A stretch of DNA of 64,000 nucleotides from an uncultured delta proteobacterium. Its GTDB lineage: Bacteria > Myxococcota > Myxococcia > Myxococcales > Myxococcaceae. The notes below the pieces were generated by a model. That model saw nothing but the letters and a program-made list of their open reading frames with translations. It made no database searches and had not been told where the DNA came from. Shown in pieces: positions 32,354 through 41,717 of this stretch. Position 1 is the stretch's first letter. Every line of letters starts with the position of its first letter. Location of the stretch: assembly GCA_963771175.1 (NCBI GenBank), contig CAVYSY010000038.1:64001-128000 (forward strand), read 5' to 3'. A program made the position numbers and the translations under genes.

Positions 32354-33019
32354 ATGAAGACCGAGTACGCGCGCCACGCTTCCGGGCGGATGTTCGAAAA
32401 CAACTTCCTCGAAGCCTGCTCGAAGATCCACCCGGCCACTCCGTTCGCCTTCTACATCCCCATCATCACCGGCCTGCTGGCATGGAGCCTATGGAGCGGG
32501 ACGACCCGCGTGGGGATGGTCGCCCTGTTCGCCCCCTTGGGGTACCTCACCTGGTGCTTCATGGAGTACACGCTGCACCGCAACCTCTTCCACTGGGAGG
32601 GAAACGGGCCGCTCACCCGGCGCTTCCACGCCATCATCCACGGCTACCACCACACGTACCCGGATGATCCGCAGCGGCTGGTGATGCCCCTGGGGGCGAG
32701 CATCCCGCTGGCCATCGTCGTCAGCGGACTGCTGTGGCTGGTGGGCCGGCCGGACGCCACGATTCCCTACTTCGTCGGCATCGTCGTCGGCTACCTCGCC
32801 TACGACTACCTGCACTGGGCGGTGCACTACAAGAAGCCGTGGACCAACTGGGGCAAGGCGCTGCGTGCGCACCACATGGCGCACCACTTCGCCTGCCCGG
32901 ACAAGAATTTCGGCATCAGCCACCGGTGGATCGACCGGATGGTCGGCTCGATGCAGGTGCGCGGGCAGGCGGCCCGCGAGTCGGCGAAGCAGGGCGCCGA
33001 CTCCACCGCGGCGGAGTAG
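32354..33019 (+). CDS. fatty acid hydroxylase / sterol desaturase family (FA2H-like)
   Basis: His boxes EYTLHR..FH, HGYHH, YDYLHWAVH, HHMAHHF; RLVMP. Confidence 0.9.
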   Translation: MKTEYARHASGRMFENNFLEACSKIHPATPFAFYIPIITGLLAWSLWSGTTRVGMVALFAPLGYLTWCFMEYTLHRNLFHWEGNGPLTRRFHAIIHGYHHTYPDDPQRLVMPLGASIPLAIVVSGLLWLVGRPDATIPYFVGIVVGYLAYDYLHWAVHYKKPWTNWGKALRAHHMAHHFACPDKNFGISHRWIDRMVGSMQVRGQAARESAKQGADSTAAE

Positions 33020-33046
33020 TCCCGCCGCGGTGAACCGGGGCATGGC

Positions 33047-34189
33047 CTACGGGTGCGCGGGAGCCGACGCCGCCCACTGCCAGGCGGTGCCCCGGTGCAG
33101 GGCGGCGTAGATGATGTCCCTCAGCTCGTTGCACTCGGAGTGGGTGAGCGAGCGGTCGAGCGCGCGCAGCACCACGCGCAACAGCACGTTCTTCTGCCCG
33201 GGTGAGATGCCGAGCCGCTTCACGGCGGCGGGAGGCAGCGCCTCACAGGGCGTCTCCGAGAGTACCTCGACGGTCTCCACCATCTCGGCCCGTGAGCCCA
33301 GGGCGGCCCGAACCCCATCTCCGAGCTCCTCGGAGGTGGCGTCGCCCTCGAGCACCAGCGACAAGTCACGACGCACCTCGGGCATGGAGGACACCTCGCG
33401 GTACGGCTCCAGGTCGAGCATCTGCGAGGCGATGCGTGGCTCCTCTGCGCGCAGCAGGCGGATGTCATCGAGGCCCTTGCGCAGCATGAGGATGCGATCC
33501 ATCCCGAGCCCCATGGCGAGCCCCGAGGTGCGCGCCGTGTCCAGCCCGCTGTCGGCGAGCAGCGCCGGGTTGGCCAGGCCGCACTCGCCGATCTCCACCC
33601 ATTCGGCTCCGTGGCGGACGTCGATCTGGAGCCCATCGGTGGTGTACGGGTGCTGGGCGGGAGTGATGCGCGGCTCGCGCCCGGGGAGCAGGGCGCGCAC
33701 CACGGTCTCCACCATGAGGCGCAGCTCCTCGACGCCGAGCGGCGCGCCCGTGCGGATGCGCCAGAGGTCCATCTGGTGGGGCTCGCCGGTGTGCAACCGG
33801 TCGATGCAGTCGCGGCGGTAGACGAGCCCGGGACAGGCGAGCAGCACGTCCTCGGGAGACTGGGGTACGGCGGCGAGCTGGCGCAGCAGCGGCGGAATCA
33901 TCGCCGAGGTCTGGGTGCGCAGCAGCGCGGTGTCACAGACGTAGCGGGTGTAGCGGGCATCGCGAGCGGCGCCCTCGGGCGGGTAGCGCAGCCGGTCGTA
34001 GTTGTCGGCGACGGAGACGATGGGGCTCTGCCGGTGGAGGCGCACGTCGCAGCGCCACGCGAGGCGCAGGGAGGAGAGCACGTCATCGATGAGGCGCTGC
34101 ATGGCATGAGGGCCGGCAGCGGGGTCGGTCAGGTCACGAATGGACAGGGCACGGCGGACAGCATCGGTGCTGAGAATGCAGACGGACAT
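33047..34189 (-). CDS. monomeric PheRS-like class II ligase (PheS-type catalytic domain plus FDX-ACB domain; resembles the 'PheS-related mystery ligase' family)
   Basis: NYDRL, LLRTQTSA, motif 2 VYRRDCIDRLH..PHQMD, HPYT, WVEIGECG, motif 3 GLAMGLGMDR, DDIRLL, RRDLSL (start of FDX-ACB), DRSLT..E.N. Confidence 0.85.
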   Translation of the reverse strand: MSVCILSTDAVRRALSIRDLTDPAAGPHAMQRLIDDVLSSLRLAWRCDVRLHRQSPIVSVADNYDRLRYPPEGAARDARYTRYVCDTALLRTQTSAMIPPLLRQLAAVPQSPEDVLLACPGLVYRRDCIDRLHTGEPHQMDLWRIRTGAPLGVEELRLMVETVVRALLPGREPRITPAQHPYTTDGLQIDVRHGAEWVEIGECGLANPALLADSGLDTARTSGLAMGLGMDRILMLRKGLDDIRLLRAEEPRIASQMLDLEPYREVSSMPEVRRDLSLVLEGDATSEELGDGVRAALGSRAEMVETVEVLSETPCEALPPAAVKRLGISPGQKNVLLRVVLRALDRSLTHSECNELRDIIYAALHRGTAWQWAASAPAHP

Positions 34190-34340
34190 GGGAAGTCTCT
34201 CGGACTGGAGTGGAAGGAAACGGCTCCAGGTGACGCCCGGTCCTCGAGGGGAGGAGCTGGCGCCACCACGCACGGCGCCCCCCGAACCCCTGGTCCAGGC
34301 GAGCGTCACGCCGAGAGGCGATCCGCCGAGAGAGAACGGG

Positions 34341-34421
34341 CTAGCGACGCAGCACGGCCTCCCTGAGCCTGGTGGGGCTCGGGGGGCGGCTAAATCGACG
34401 CTGGCACGTGAGGAGAAGCAT
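34341..34421 (-). CDS. putative leader peptide MLLLTCQRRFSRPPSPTRLREAVLRR (26 aa)
   Basis: ATG at 34421, 10 nt after a -10 box; in-frame TAG at 34341; overlaps one arm of an alternative RNA helix. Confidence 0.55.
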   Translation of the reverse strand: MLLLTCQRRFSRPPSPTRLREAVLRR

Positions 34422-34431
34422 CGCGGTCAGA

Positions 34432-34460
34432 AAGGTAAACGCGGTTCGGGCCGAATGCAA
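34432..34460 (-). promoter_or_regulatory. putative sigma-70 promoter
   Basis: TTGCAT-17 bp-TACCTT on the minus strand, directly upstream of the leader ORF. Confidence 0.6.
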
Positions 34461-34472
34461 TCCGGGCCCCGC

Positions 34473-35036
34473 TCAGACCTCGACGAAACGTGTGCCGGTG
34501 ATGCCCTCCTGCTCCATGGCCAGCTTGAGATCCTCGGAGATGATGAGGGCCACGCGCCAACCCCAGGGGCGGAAGATATGCGCGTCCCCCACCTTCGTCG
34601 GGTCGATGCGCAGGCCCGAAACAATCCGGTACTGTCCTACCTTTTCTGGCTCATCATCCTCGGGCGTCCAGAGCACCACCCGTCTGCTCCCGGCCTCGTC
34701 TACGCAACGAGTGATGCGCAGCGCATTGAGGATGAAATAGGGCGCCTCGTGCCCCTCCACCCGAGCAGGAATGAACTGCACATCCTGGACACGTAGCCGC
34801 TCGAAGATCTGAACGACGCGGCCATGGACGACGGGGATGGAGAAGGCGGCCCAGCAGTAGTCCAGCGAGTCTCCGGGAATGTCGAGTGGGAATCGCGGTA
34901 CGCACCCCAGCTCGAGCACCCTCCCATCCTTGAACTGCCAGGGGTCGAGTTCCTGCCCCTGCTCGTCGACAGGAGTTCCCAGATGCCACCGCGTATGGGA
35001 TTGCCTGTCGTCCATCAGCTCGAAATACCGGGTCAT
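34473..35036 (-). CDS. Imm11/DUF1629-like immunity protein, copy A
   Basis: RWHLGTP..DPWQF..DVQFIPARV..YFILN..RC.DE..LRIDP..IFRPWGW..LIISE; directly downstream of an AHH toxin. Confidence 0.8.
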   Translation of the reverse strand: MTRYFELMDDRQSHTRWHLGTPVDEQGQELDPWQFKDGRVLELGCVPRFPLDIPGDSLDYCWAAFSIPVVHGRVVQIFERLRVQDVQFIPARVEGHEAPYFILNALRITRCVDEAGSRRVVLWTPEDDEPEKVGQYRIVSGLRIDPTKVGDAHIFRPWGWRVALIISEDLKLAMEQEGITGTRFVEV

Positions 35037-35053
35037 GCGCTTCGCTCCCATTG

Positions 35054-36367
35054 TCACCAGGTCTTCGTCGCCCACCGATGGAGCGAGGACCCCGGAGTAC
35101 ATACCTCGTCCGCCAGCTCCTTGAGTGTTCGCACCAGCTTGCTCTTGCATTGTGAAACGGTCTGGCAGCCACGGAGTGCTGCTTCTAGCCTTTGCATGAC
35201 CTCCGTATGGTATTCCACCGGGTGAGGACCCTTGTGGCCCTTGAGGTAGACGAGGTTCTCCGCTGCGTCCAGGCTCATCCCCGCCTTGGCGAAGAGCTTC
35301 TCGAACAGGGGCGTCCACGGCCCACCGGACTGCGTCGAGGTTTCGTTCTTGTTGGTGGCGAGGTGGTGCCAGTGGTGGCCGTCCTTCTTCTCGGAGCCAT
35401 CGGTGCACGCGCTGCCCACCGCGGCAGCCGCCGTGCCCGCCGCCACTCCCGTGACGATGATGGTGCCATCCGCCGCCATCTGCACCGTCGTCGCCCCCGC
35501 CACGGACAGCCCCTCGGCCATGGCGTACCGGGGAGGCCCCAGCAACGCGCCCAGTCCTCCCTCGGGCACCTGGGGCAGCCCCCTGGCGAGCCCCATGCTG
35601 GCCACCACCATCAGCACCCGCAGCCCCGTGCCTCCCATCGCCTTGCCGAAGCGCTCCGCCGCCGCTTCGAGCTCCTGCACCGTCCTGGCCGCCTCCGCTT
35701 CCTCGTACAGCCGCAGGCACGCACGGGCGAAATGGGTGAGCTCCAGCGCCCCCACCACGAAGGCCAGTCGCAGCGTCAATGCCGTCACGAAGGCCTTGCT
35801 GAACAGCGGCTCGGGCACCAGCCACGCCCCGAAGTACACCAATACCGACAGGGCGACACTGGACAGGAAGACGGGCGAGGAGAACAACTCCTGGGCCGCC
35901 TCGCGCACTCCCGCGCCCATGTAGCGGGGAGAGAGCTTCAGGGCCAGGAAGAGGCGGCTCTGCTCCAATGACCGCGGCATGGGTAGCAGCGGCGGGCCAA
36001 ACCGGGACACGTACTCCTCCCGCAGCCGTGATTCCCACTCCGCCGGCTGGCCTTCTCCCGCCCCAGCCGACACCAGGACGAACCGGGGCCGAGACCGGGG
36101 CCTCTCCGTCAGTCGGAAGGACTCATGGAAGGCCGCGAGGACCGTCCGCGCCTCCTGCACCCTCAGTCGCTCCAGGACCGGGTCAGGGGCCACCGGCTCG
36201 AAGTCGAGCCGCAATGCGCCACCAGACAGCTCACTCGCCCTCACCGCGCTCGGCTCCGCCTGCTGTCTCCGCTCGGGAAGCGGCCCCTCCGGCGATGTGG
36301 CGCACGAGAGGGGCAACAGCAGCAACAGGGCCATGGCCATGCGCGGCAAGGCAGAAGCTCTCTTCAT
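35054..36367 (-). CDS. polymorphic toxin lipoprotein with C-terminal AHH nuclease (SitA-like), copy A
   Basis: Lipobox PLSC; hydrophobic mid-region; WHHLATNKN, GGPWTP, ENL and GHKGPHP.EYH motifs. Confidence 0.8.
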   Translation of the reverse strand: MKRASALPRMAMALLLLLPLSCATSPEGPLPERRQQAEPSAVRASELSGGALRLDFEPVAPDPVLERLRVQEARTVLAAFHESFRLTERPRSRPRFVLVSAGAGEGQPAEWESRLREEYVSRFGPPLLPMPRSLEQSRLFLALKLSPRYMGAGVREAAQELFSSPVFLSSVALSVLVYFGAWLVPEPLFSKAFVTALTLRLAFVVGALELTHFARACLRLYEEAEAARTVQELEAAAERFGKAMGGTGLRVLMVVASMGLARGLPQVPEGGLGALLGPPRYAMAEGLSVAGATTVQMAADGTIIVTGVAAGTAAAAVGSACTDGSEKKDGHHWHHLATNKNETSTQSGGPWTPLFEKLFAKAGMSLDAAENLVYLKGHKGPHPVEYHTEVMQRLEAALRGCQTVSQCKSKLVRTLKELADEVCTPGSSLHRWATKTW

Positions 36368-36453
36368 GACGCGGCAGCATGCACGGTCCTCGGTTGTCGC
36401 ACCATGCGGCCGAGTCTACGCACCGCCTTGAATTTCAAGGTCATCGCGTTCGC

Positions 36454-37017
36454 TCACACCTCGACGAACCGGGTGCCGGTGATGCCCTCCTGCTCCAGGG
36501 CCTGCTTGAGGTCCTCTGAGATGATGAGGGCCACGCGCCAACCCCAGGGACGGAAGATATGCGCGTCCTCCACCTTCGTCGGGTCGATGCGCATCCTGTG
36601 GACAACCCGGTACTCCCCCAACTTGTCCGGGCGATTGTCCTCGGGCTTCCAGTACCGCACTTCCGCGCACCGGGCGTCATCGATGCATCGGATGATTCGC
36701 AGGGCATTGAGAATGAACCGGGGCTCCTCGTGGCCTTCCACCCTGGCGGGGATGAACTGCACATCCTGGACACGTTGCCTCTCGAAGATCTGCACGATGC
36801 GTCCATGGACCACGGGGATGGAGAAGGCGGCCCAGCAGTAATCCAACGCGTCTCCGGGAGTGTCGAGCGGGAAGCGAGGCACGCACCCCAGCTCGAGCAC
36901 CCTCCCTTTCTTGAACTGCCAGGGGTCGACTTCCTGCCCATGCTCATCGACAGGAGTTCCCAGATGCCACCGTGTGTGGGATTGCCTATCGTCCATCAGC
37001 TCGAAATACCGGGTCAT
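36454..37017 (-). CDS. Imm11/DUF1629-like immunity protein, copy B
   Basis: Paralog of 34473-35036 with the same length (564 bp) and a diverged central segment. Confidence 0.8.
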   Translation of the reverse strand: MTRYFELMDDRQSHTRWHLGTPVDEHGQEVDPWQFKKGRVLELGCVPRFPLDTPGDALDYCWAAFSIPVVHGRIVQIFERQRVQDVQFIPARVEGHEEPRFILNALRIIRCIDDARCAEVRYWKPEDNRPDKLGEYRVVHRMRIDPTKVEDAHIFRPWGWRVALIISEDLKQALEQEGITGTRFVEV

Positions 37018-37037
37018 GCGCTTTGTCCCCAGCTCCT

Positions 37038-38488
37038 CTAGGTCTTCGTCACCAACCGATGGAGTAGGGACCCTGGAGTGCATACGTCATCTGCCAACGT
37101 CCTGAGCTCTTCCACGAACCTGCTCCTACATTGTGAAACGGACCCACAGTCCTCGAGCGCCTCCTCAAGCCTCCGGAAGACCGCCGCATGATACTCCTCG
37201 GGATGGGGCCCCTTGTGGCCCTTGAGGTAGATGAGGTTCTCCGCTGCGTCCAGGCTCATCCCCGCCTTGGCGAAGAGCTTCTCGAGCAGGGGCGTCCACG
37301 GCCCACCGGACTGCGTCGAGGTTTCGTTCTTGTTGGTGGCGAGGTGGTGCCAGTGGTGGCCGTCCTTCTTCTCGGAGCCATCGGCGCACGCGCTACCCAC
37401 CGCGGCAGCCGCCGTGCCCGCCGCCACACCCGTGACGATGATGGTGCCATCCGCCGCCATCTGCACCGTCGTCGCCCCCGCCACGGACACCCCCTCGGCC
37501 ATGGCGTACCGGGGAGGCCCCAGCAACGCGCCCAGTCCTCCCTCGGGCACCTGGGGCAGCCCCCTGGCGAGCCCCATGCTGGCCACCACCATCAGCACCC
37601 GCAGCCCCGTGCCTCCCATCGCCTTGCCGAAGCGCTCCGCCGCCGCTTCGAGCTCCTGCACCGTCCTGGCCGCCTCCGCTTCCTCGTACAGCCGCAGGCA
37701 CGCACGGGCGAAATGGGTGAGCTCCAGCGCCCCCACCACGAAGGCCAGTCGCAGCGTCAATGCCGTCACGAAGGCCTTGCTGAACAGCGGCTCGGGCACC
37801 AGCCACGCCCCGAAGTACACCAAAACCGATAGGGCGACACTGGACAGGAAGACGGGCGAGGAGAACAACTCCTGGGCCGCCTCGCGCACTCCCCGCGCCC
37901 ATGTAGCCTGAGCCAGGAGTGCATAGATCGTCTGCAATCCTCTTGAGCTCATCAACGAGGCTGCTCCGTCATTGTGCCATGGTCTGGCACCGTGACACTG
38001 CAATCTGAGCCAGCGATAGATTTCCGGGGAGAGGACGCTTCAGGGCCAGGAAGAGGCGGTCTCCGCTGCGTCCAGGCTCATGACCGCGGCATGGGTAGCA
38101 GCGGCGTAGGCCAAACCGGGACACGTGAGTTCTCCTCCCGCAGGCGTGATTCCCACTGGCGGCCGGCCTTCTCCCGCCAGCCGATACAAGACGAACCGGG
38201 GCCGAGACCGGGGCCTCTCCGTCAGTCGGAAGGACTCATGGAAGGCCGCGAGGACCGTCCGCGCCTCCTGCACCGTCAGTCGCTCCAGGACCGCCGGTCA
38301 GGGGCCACCGGCGAAGTCGAGCCGCAATGCGCACCAGACACTCACTCGGGCCCTGGCAGCCCCTGGCGCTCGGCTCCGCCTGCTGTCTGCCGCTCGGGAA
38401 GCGGCCCCTCCGGCGATGTGGCGCACGAGAGGGGCAACAGCAGCAACAGGGCCATGGCCATGCGCGGCAAAGCAGAAGCTCTCTTCAT
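37038..38488 (-). pseudogene. AHH toxin lipoprotein copy B; 5' part disrupted (real decay or assembly noise)
   Basis: Nearly identical to copy A over ~37210-37900; ~118-bp unrelated insert at 37908-38025 and many indels at 38025-38400. Confidence 0.65.
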
Positions 38489-38538
38489 GACGCGGCAGCA
38501 TGCACGCCCCCGCACTGCCGCGTCATCCGATGCCGCGA

Positions 38539-39177
38539 CTACCGCGTCCCGAAGAGCCGATCTCCCGCGTCACCCAGACCCGGGAGGATGTAGCCGTGCT
38601 CGTCGAGCTTCTCATCCACCGCGGCGGTGAAGACGTGCACGTCCGGGTGGTGCTCGCGCAGGTTCGCCAGACCCTCGGGGCACGCCAGCAGGCAGACGAA
38701 ACGCAGACTGCCCGGCTTGTTGCGCTTGATGCGGTTGAGCGCCGCCACCGCCGAGTTCCCCGTCGCCAGCATCGGGTCGCACACGATGACGTCTCGGTCC
38801 GCGAGCTGGTTCGGAACCTTGTAGTAGTACTCCACCGCGCCCAGCGTCTTCGGGTCCCGGTACAGACCGATGTGGCCCACGCGGGCGCTCGGCACCAGTT
38901 GCAGCATGCCGTCCAGGATGCCCTGGCCCGCGCGCAGGATGGCCACCAGCACCAGCTTCTTTCCATCCAGCACCGGCGCCACCGTCTGCATCATCGGCGT
39001 CTCGATGGTCTCCTCGCGCACCTTCAGGTCCCGCATCGCCTCGTAGGCGAGCAGCAGGGAAATCTCCTGCAGCAGCGCGCGGAAGGAAGCCGTGCTCGTG
39101 TCCTTGCGCCGCATCAGCGTCAACTTGTGCTTCACCAGTGGGTGGTCCACCACCGTGCAGTTTTCCGGGTACGTCAT
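38539..39177 (-). CDS. upp: uracil phosphoribosyltransferase
   Basis: [47 protein letters not shown]. Confidence 0.95.
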   Translation of the reverse strand: MTYPENCTVVDHPLVKHKLTLMRRKDTSTASFRALLQEISLLLAYEAMRDLKVREETIETPMMQTVAPVLDGKKLVLVAILRAGQGILDGMLQLVPSARVGHIGLYRDPKTLGAVEYYYKVPNQLADRDVIVCDPMLATGNSAVAALNRIKRNKPGSLRFVCLLACPEGLANLREHHPDVHVFTAAVDEKLDEHGYILPGLGDAGDRLFGTR

Positions 39178-39220
39178 GGCTCCCTCCTTCGTCGACTCGA
39201 CTGAATAGAAAAGAAGACCT

Positions 39221-40411
39221 TCAGAACACCGTACCGTCGCTCTCGATGCGGATGGGCGGCGTGCCCCCCTTCCGCTTCTCCGCGGCGATGCGCCTCCCGG
39301 CGCTCCACGTCCCCCCTTGCAGCACCTTCGCCAGCGGCAGCTCCTCCGCCGTCATTCCCAGCCGCTCGCGCACCCGCTTCGCCACCTCGTCCAGCAGCGC
39401 CACCGTCAGCGCCCGCCACTCCACGATGGGCTCCGCTCCCGGCGCGAAGGCGTCCGTGAGCAGCCGCGAGTCCCTCGGAACCAGCAGGCCCAGGTCCACC
39501 AGCAGCCCGCCATTGCGGTACTCGGGCAGCCCCGTCAGCGCGTCCAGGTCCGTCACCTGGATGCCGCCTTCCTCCAGCGGCTCCAGCAGCGAGTACGTCA
39601 GCCACTGCGACAGCTTGTGGAAGGGCACCAGCGACTCCGGGCTGCCCTCGGCCCCCAGCGCCGAGTGCGACCACACGTCGCCCAGGTTCACCCCGTCCAG
39701 CGTGATGCGCCCCGGCCAGATGGAGCCCAGCGACTCCAGCACCCGACCCAGCACCTCCGCCGCGGGCACTCGAGGACCCCGCGCCGCGAGCAGGTCGAAG
39801 AGCGCTCCGGGCCTCGGCAGCGCCTTCCCCAGTCCGCGCAACAGCGCGAGCCGTCCCTCCAGCCCCGCCAGCGGGTTGACCTCCGTCACCTGGAAGCCCC
39901 GCGCCAGTGCATCGAGGCTCAGCCCCTTCAGCCCCTCCGCGTCCGCGCGCAACGGTTGGCGTGGGTCCGAGGAGAACGCGCCCGCGAGGAACATGCGGAA
40001 GCTCGCCACGGCCAGGCCCTCGGAGCGCGCGTAGGTGTCACCACCGGGCTCCACGTACTTCCACGTGGGCCCGCTGCCCGCGTCCAGCAGTACGCTGGTG
40101 ACGACCAGGTCCAGCTTCGCCCGGGCCCGCTCGGCGGGTGGCAGCGAGGCCAGGCGCGCATCCAGCTCCGCGTTGCGCCGCACCCCCCCCACGTCGAAGT
40201 GCCCCCAGCGACTGTGCACGGGAATCGCCAGCGAGGGGTACGCCGCGCGGGTGACGTCCAGCACGTAGTCCGCCACGGCCGGCAGCCGCTCCATGTCCAC
40301 GCGGAAGTGCTTCAGCTTGCCGGCGAGCCCCAGCTCCAGCAGGGCCCGGCAGCGCTCGCGAATGGCTCGCGGGCTCCGCAGGTACGCGACGGTGGCGGAG
40401 GGCTCAGGCAT
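39221..40411 (-). CDS. URC4/urg3 family protein (DUF1688)
   Basis: [74 protein letters not shown]. Confidence 0.88.
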   Translation of the reverse strand: MPEPSATVAYLRSPRAIRERCRALLELGLAGKLKHFRVDMERLPAVADYVLDVTRAAYPSLAIPVHSRWGHFDVGGVRRNAELDARLASLPPAERARAKLDLVVTSVLLDAGSGPTWKYVEPGGDTYARSEGLAVASFRMFLAGAFSSDPRQPLRADAEGLKGLSLDALARGFQVTEVNPLAGLEGRLALLRGLGKALPRPGALFDLLAARGPRVPAAEVLGRVLESLGSIWPGRITLDGVNLGDVWSHSALGAEGSPESLVPFHKLSQWLTYSLLEPLEEGGIQVTDLDALTGLPEYRNGGLLVDLGLLVPRDSRLLTDAFAPGAEPIVEWRALTVALLDEVAKRVRERLGMTAEELPLAKVLQGGTWSAGRRIAAEKRKGGTPPIRIESDGTVF

Positions 40412-41657
40412 CGAGTGCCCTGCCCTTCACCTGCTCCAGCTCGTCCTTCGAGGCCACCTTGCCGTTGGTGAAGTAGCCGGCGGCCTTCTTCGCCTCCATC
40501 TCCACCTTGGCGTCGGCGGGGATGAGCTCCTCCGGGATCGGCACGCGCTCGAGGATTTCGATGCCCGAGCGGACGATGGCGTCGTGCTTCATGTCGCTCA
40601 TGGACACGAAGCGGTGGATGCGGGTGATGCCCAGCCAGTGCAGCGCGTCCGGCATCAGCTCCTGGAAGCGCATGTCCTGCACGCCCGCGACGCACTCGGT
40701 GCGGTGGAAGTAGGTGGCCGCCGAGTCGCCGCCCTCCTGCCGCTTGCGCGCGTTGTAGACGAGGAACTTCGTCACCTCGCCCAGCGCGCGGCCTTCCTTG
40801 CGCGAGTAGACGATGACGCCCGCTCCGTTCTCCTGCGCCGTCTGGATGCACACCTCGATGCCGTGCGTGAGGTACGGCCGGCACGTGCAGATGTCGCTGC
40901 CGAACACGTCCGAGCCGTTGCACTCGTCGTGCACGCGCACCGCCAGCGGCACGTCGGGGTCGGCGATGGTGTCCATGTCGCCGAAGAAGTAGAGGGTGAG
41001 CCCACCGATGGGCGGCAGGAACACCTCCAGGTCCGAGCGGGTGATGAGCTCGGGAAACATGCCGCCGGTCTGCTCGAAGAGCCCGCGGCGCAGCGCCGCC
41101 TCGGTCAGGCCGAAGCGCTTGGCGATGCCGGGCAGGTACCACACCGGCTCGACCGCGGCCTTCACCACGCTCACGTCGCCGTTGGCGCAGAGAATCTTCC
41201 CGTCCGGCTTGAGGCGGCCAGCGGTGATGGCGTCGCGCAGCTCGGGCATGTTGATGTGCGCGCGGGTGATGGCGATGGTGGGCCGGATGTCCATGCCCTG
41301 CTCCAGCAAGTTCCGGAAGGCCTGCGGGGCCACCGCCCCCCACGGGTCCATCGAGACGATGCGGTCGGGGTCCGCCCACGCCTTGTGGGGTCCAATCTGC
41401 ACGGCCGGCGCGGTGTTGGTGAGGTCCGCCCGGTGGTCCTGCGTGAGCTGCCCGGCGGCCACCGCGACGGCCCGGTAGATGGCATACGAGCCCGAGTGCG
41501 TGCCGATGACGTTGCGGTGCACGGGCTCCGTCAGCGTGGCGATGACGGGTCCCCGGCGCAGCGGCTCGGGCTCTCCCCAACGGATGGGGAGGGTCTGCGA
41601 GTCGCTATCCGGATGAGAGGTGAGACGGATGTGGTTGACGGGCTTCTTGTCGGACAT
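40404..41657 (-). CDS. GTP cyclohydrolase II-like protein of the URC1/urg1 type
   Basis: N-terminal RNVIGTHSGSYAIYRA; RVHDECNGSDVFGSDICTCRPYL; RKEGRALGEVTKFLVYNARK; EMEAKKAAGY. Confidence 0.88.
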   Translation of the reverse strand: MSDKKPVNHIRLTSHPDSDSQTLPIRWGEPEPLRRGPVIATLTEPVHRNVIGTHSGSYAIYRAVAVAAGQLTQDHRADLTNTAPAVQIGPHKAWADPDRIVSMDPWGAVAPQAFRNLLEQGMDIRPTIAITRAHINMPELRDAITAGRLKPDGKILCANGDVSVVKAAVEPVWYLPGIAKRFGLTEAALRRGLFEQTGGMFPELITRSDLEVFLPPIGGLTLYFFGDMDTIADPDVPLAVRVHDECNGSDVFGSDICTCRPYLTHGIEVCIQTAQENGAGVIVYSRKEGRALGEVTKFLVYNARKRQEGGDSAATYFHRTECVAGVQDMRFQELMPDALHWLGITRIHRFVSMSDMKHDAIVRSGIEILERVPIPEELIPADAKVEMEAKKAAGYFTNGKVASKDELEQVKGRALDA

Positions 41658-41717
41658 GAGGCGCCCTCCTCGGAGTGCGCGCTGCGGGGGAAGGAAAAAA
41701 GAACGGGAGAGACTCGG

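Larger units (their letters stand above)
34470..38506. repeat. tandem duplication of the toxin-immunity unit (34470-36385 and 36451-38506)
   Basis: Both copies start at CGCTCA.ACCTCGACGAA and end at CATGACGCGGCAGCATGCACG. Confidence 0.9.

Noticed and set aside
33047..34189. Annotation as housekeeping pheS
   Set aside because: No pheT or rplT context, fused FDX-ACB domain and altered Phe-pocket residues
34473..36038. 521-aa ORF fusing toxin-region sequence to the immunity protein
   Set aside because: The upstream part is an off-frame read-through of the toxin gene; the paralogous copy supports the MTRYFEL start
37908..38025. Insert as a MITE or IS remnant
   Set aside because: No terminal inverted repeats or convincing target-site duplication, and it lies in a visibly noisy region
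40404..41657. Annotation as riboflavin ribA
   Set aside because: The long N-terminal domain and URC4/upp context fit the URC1 family; no rib genes nearby
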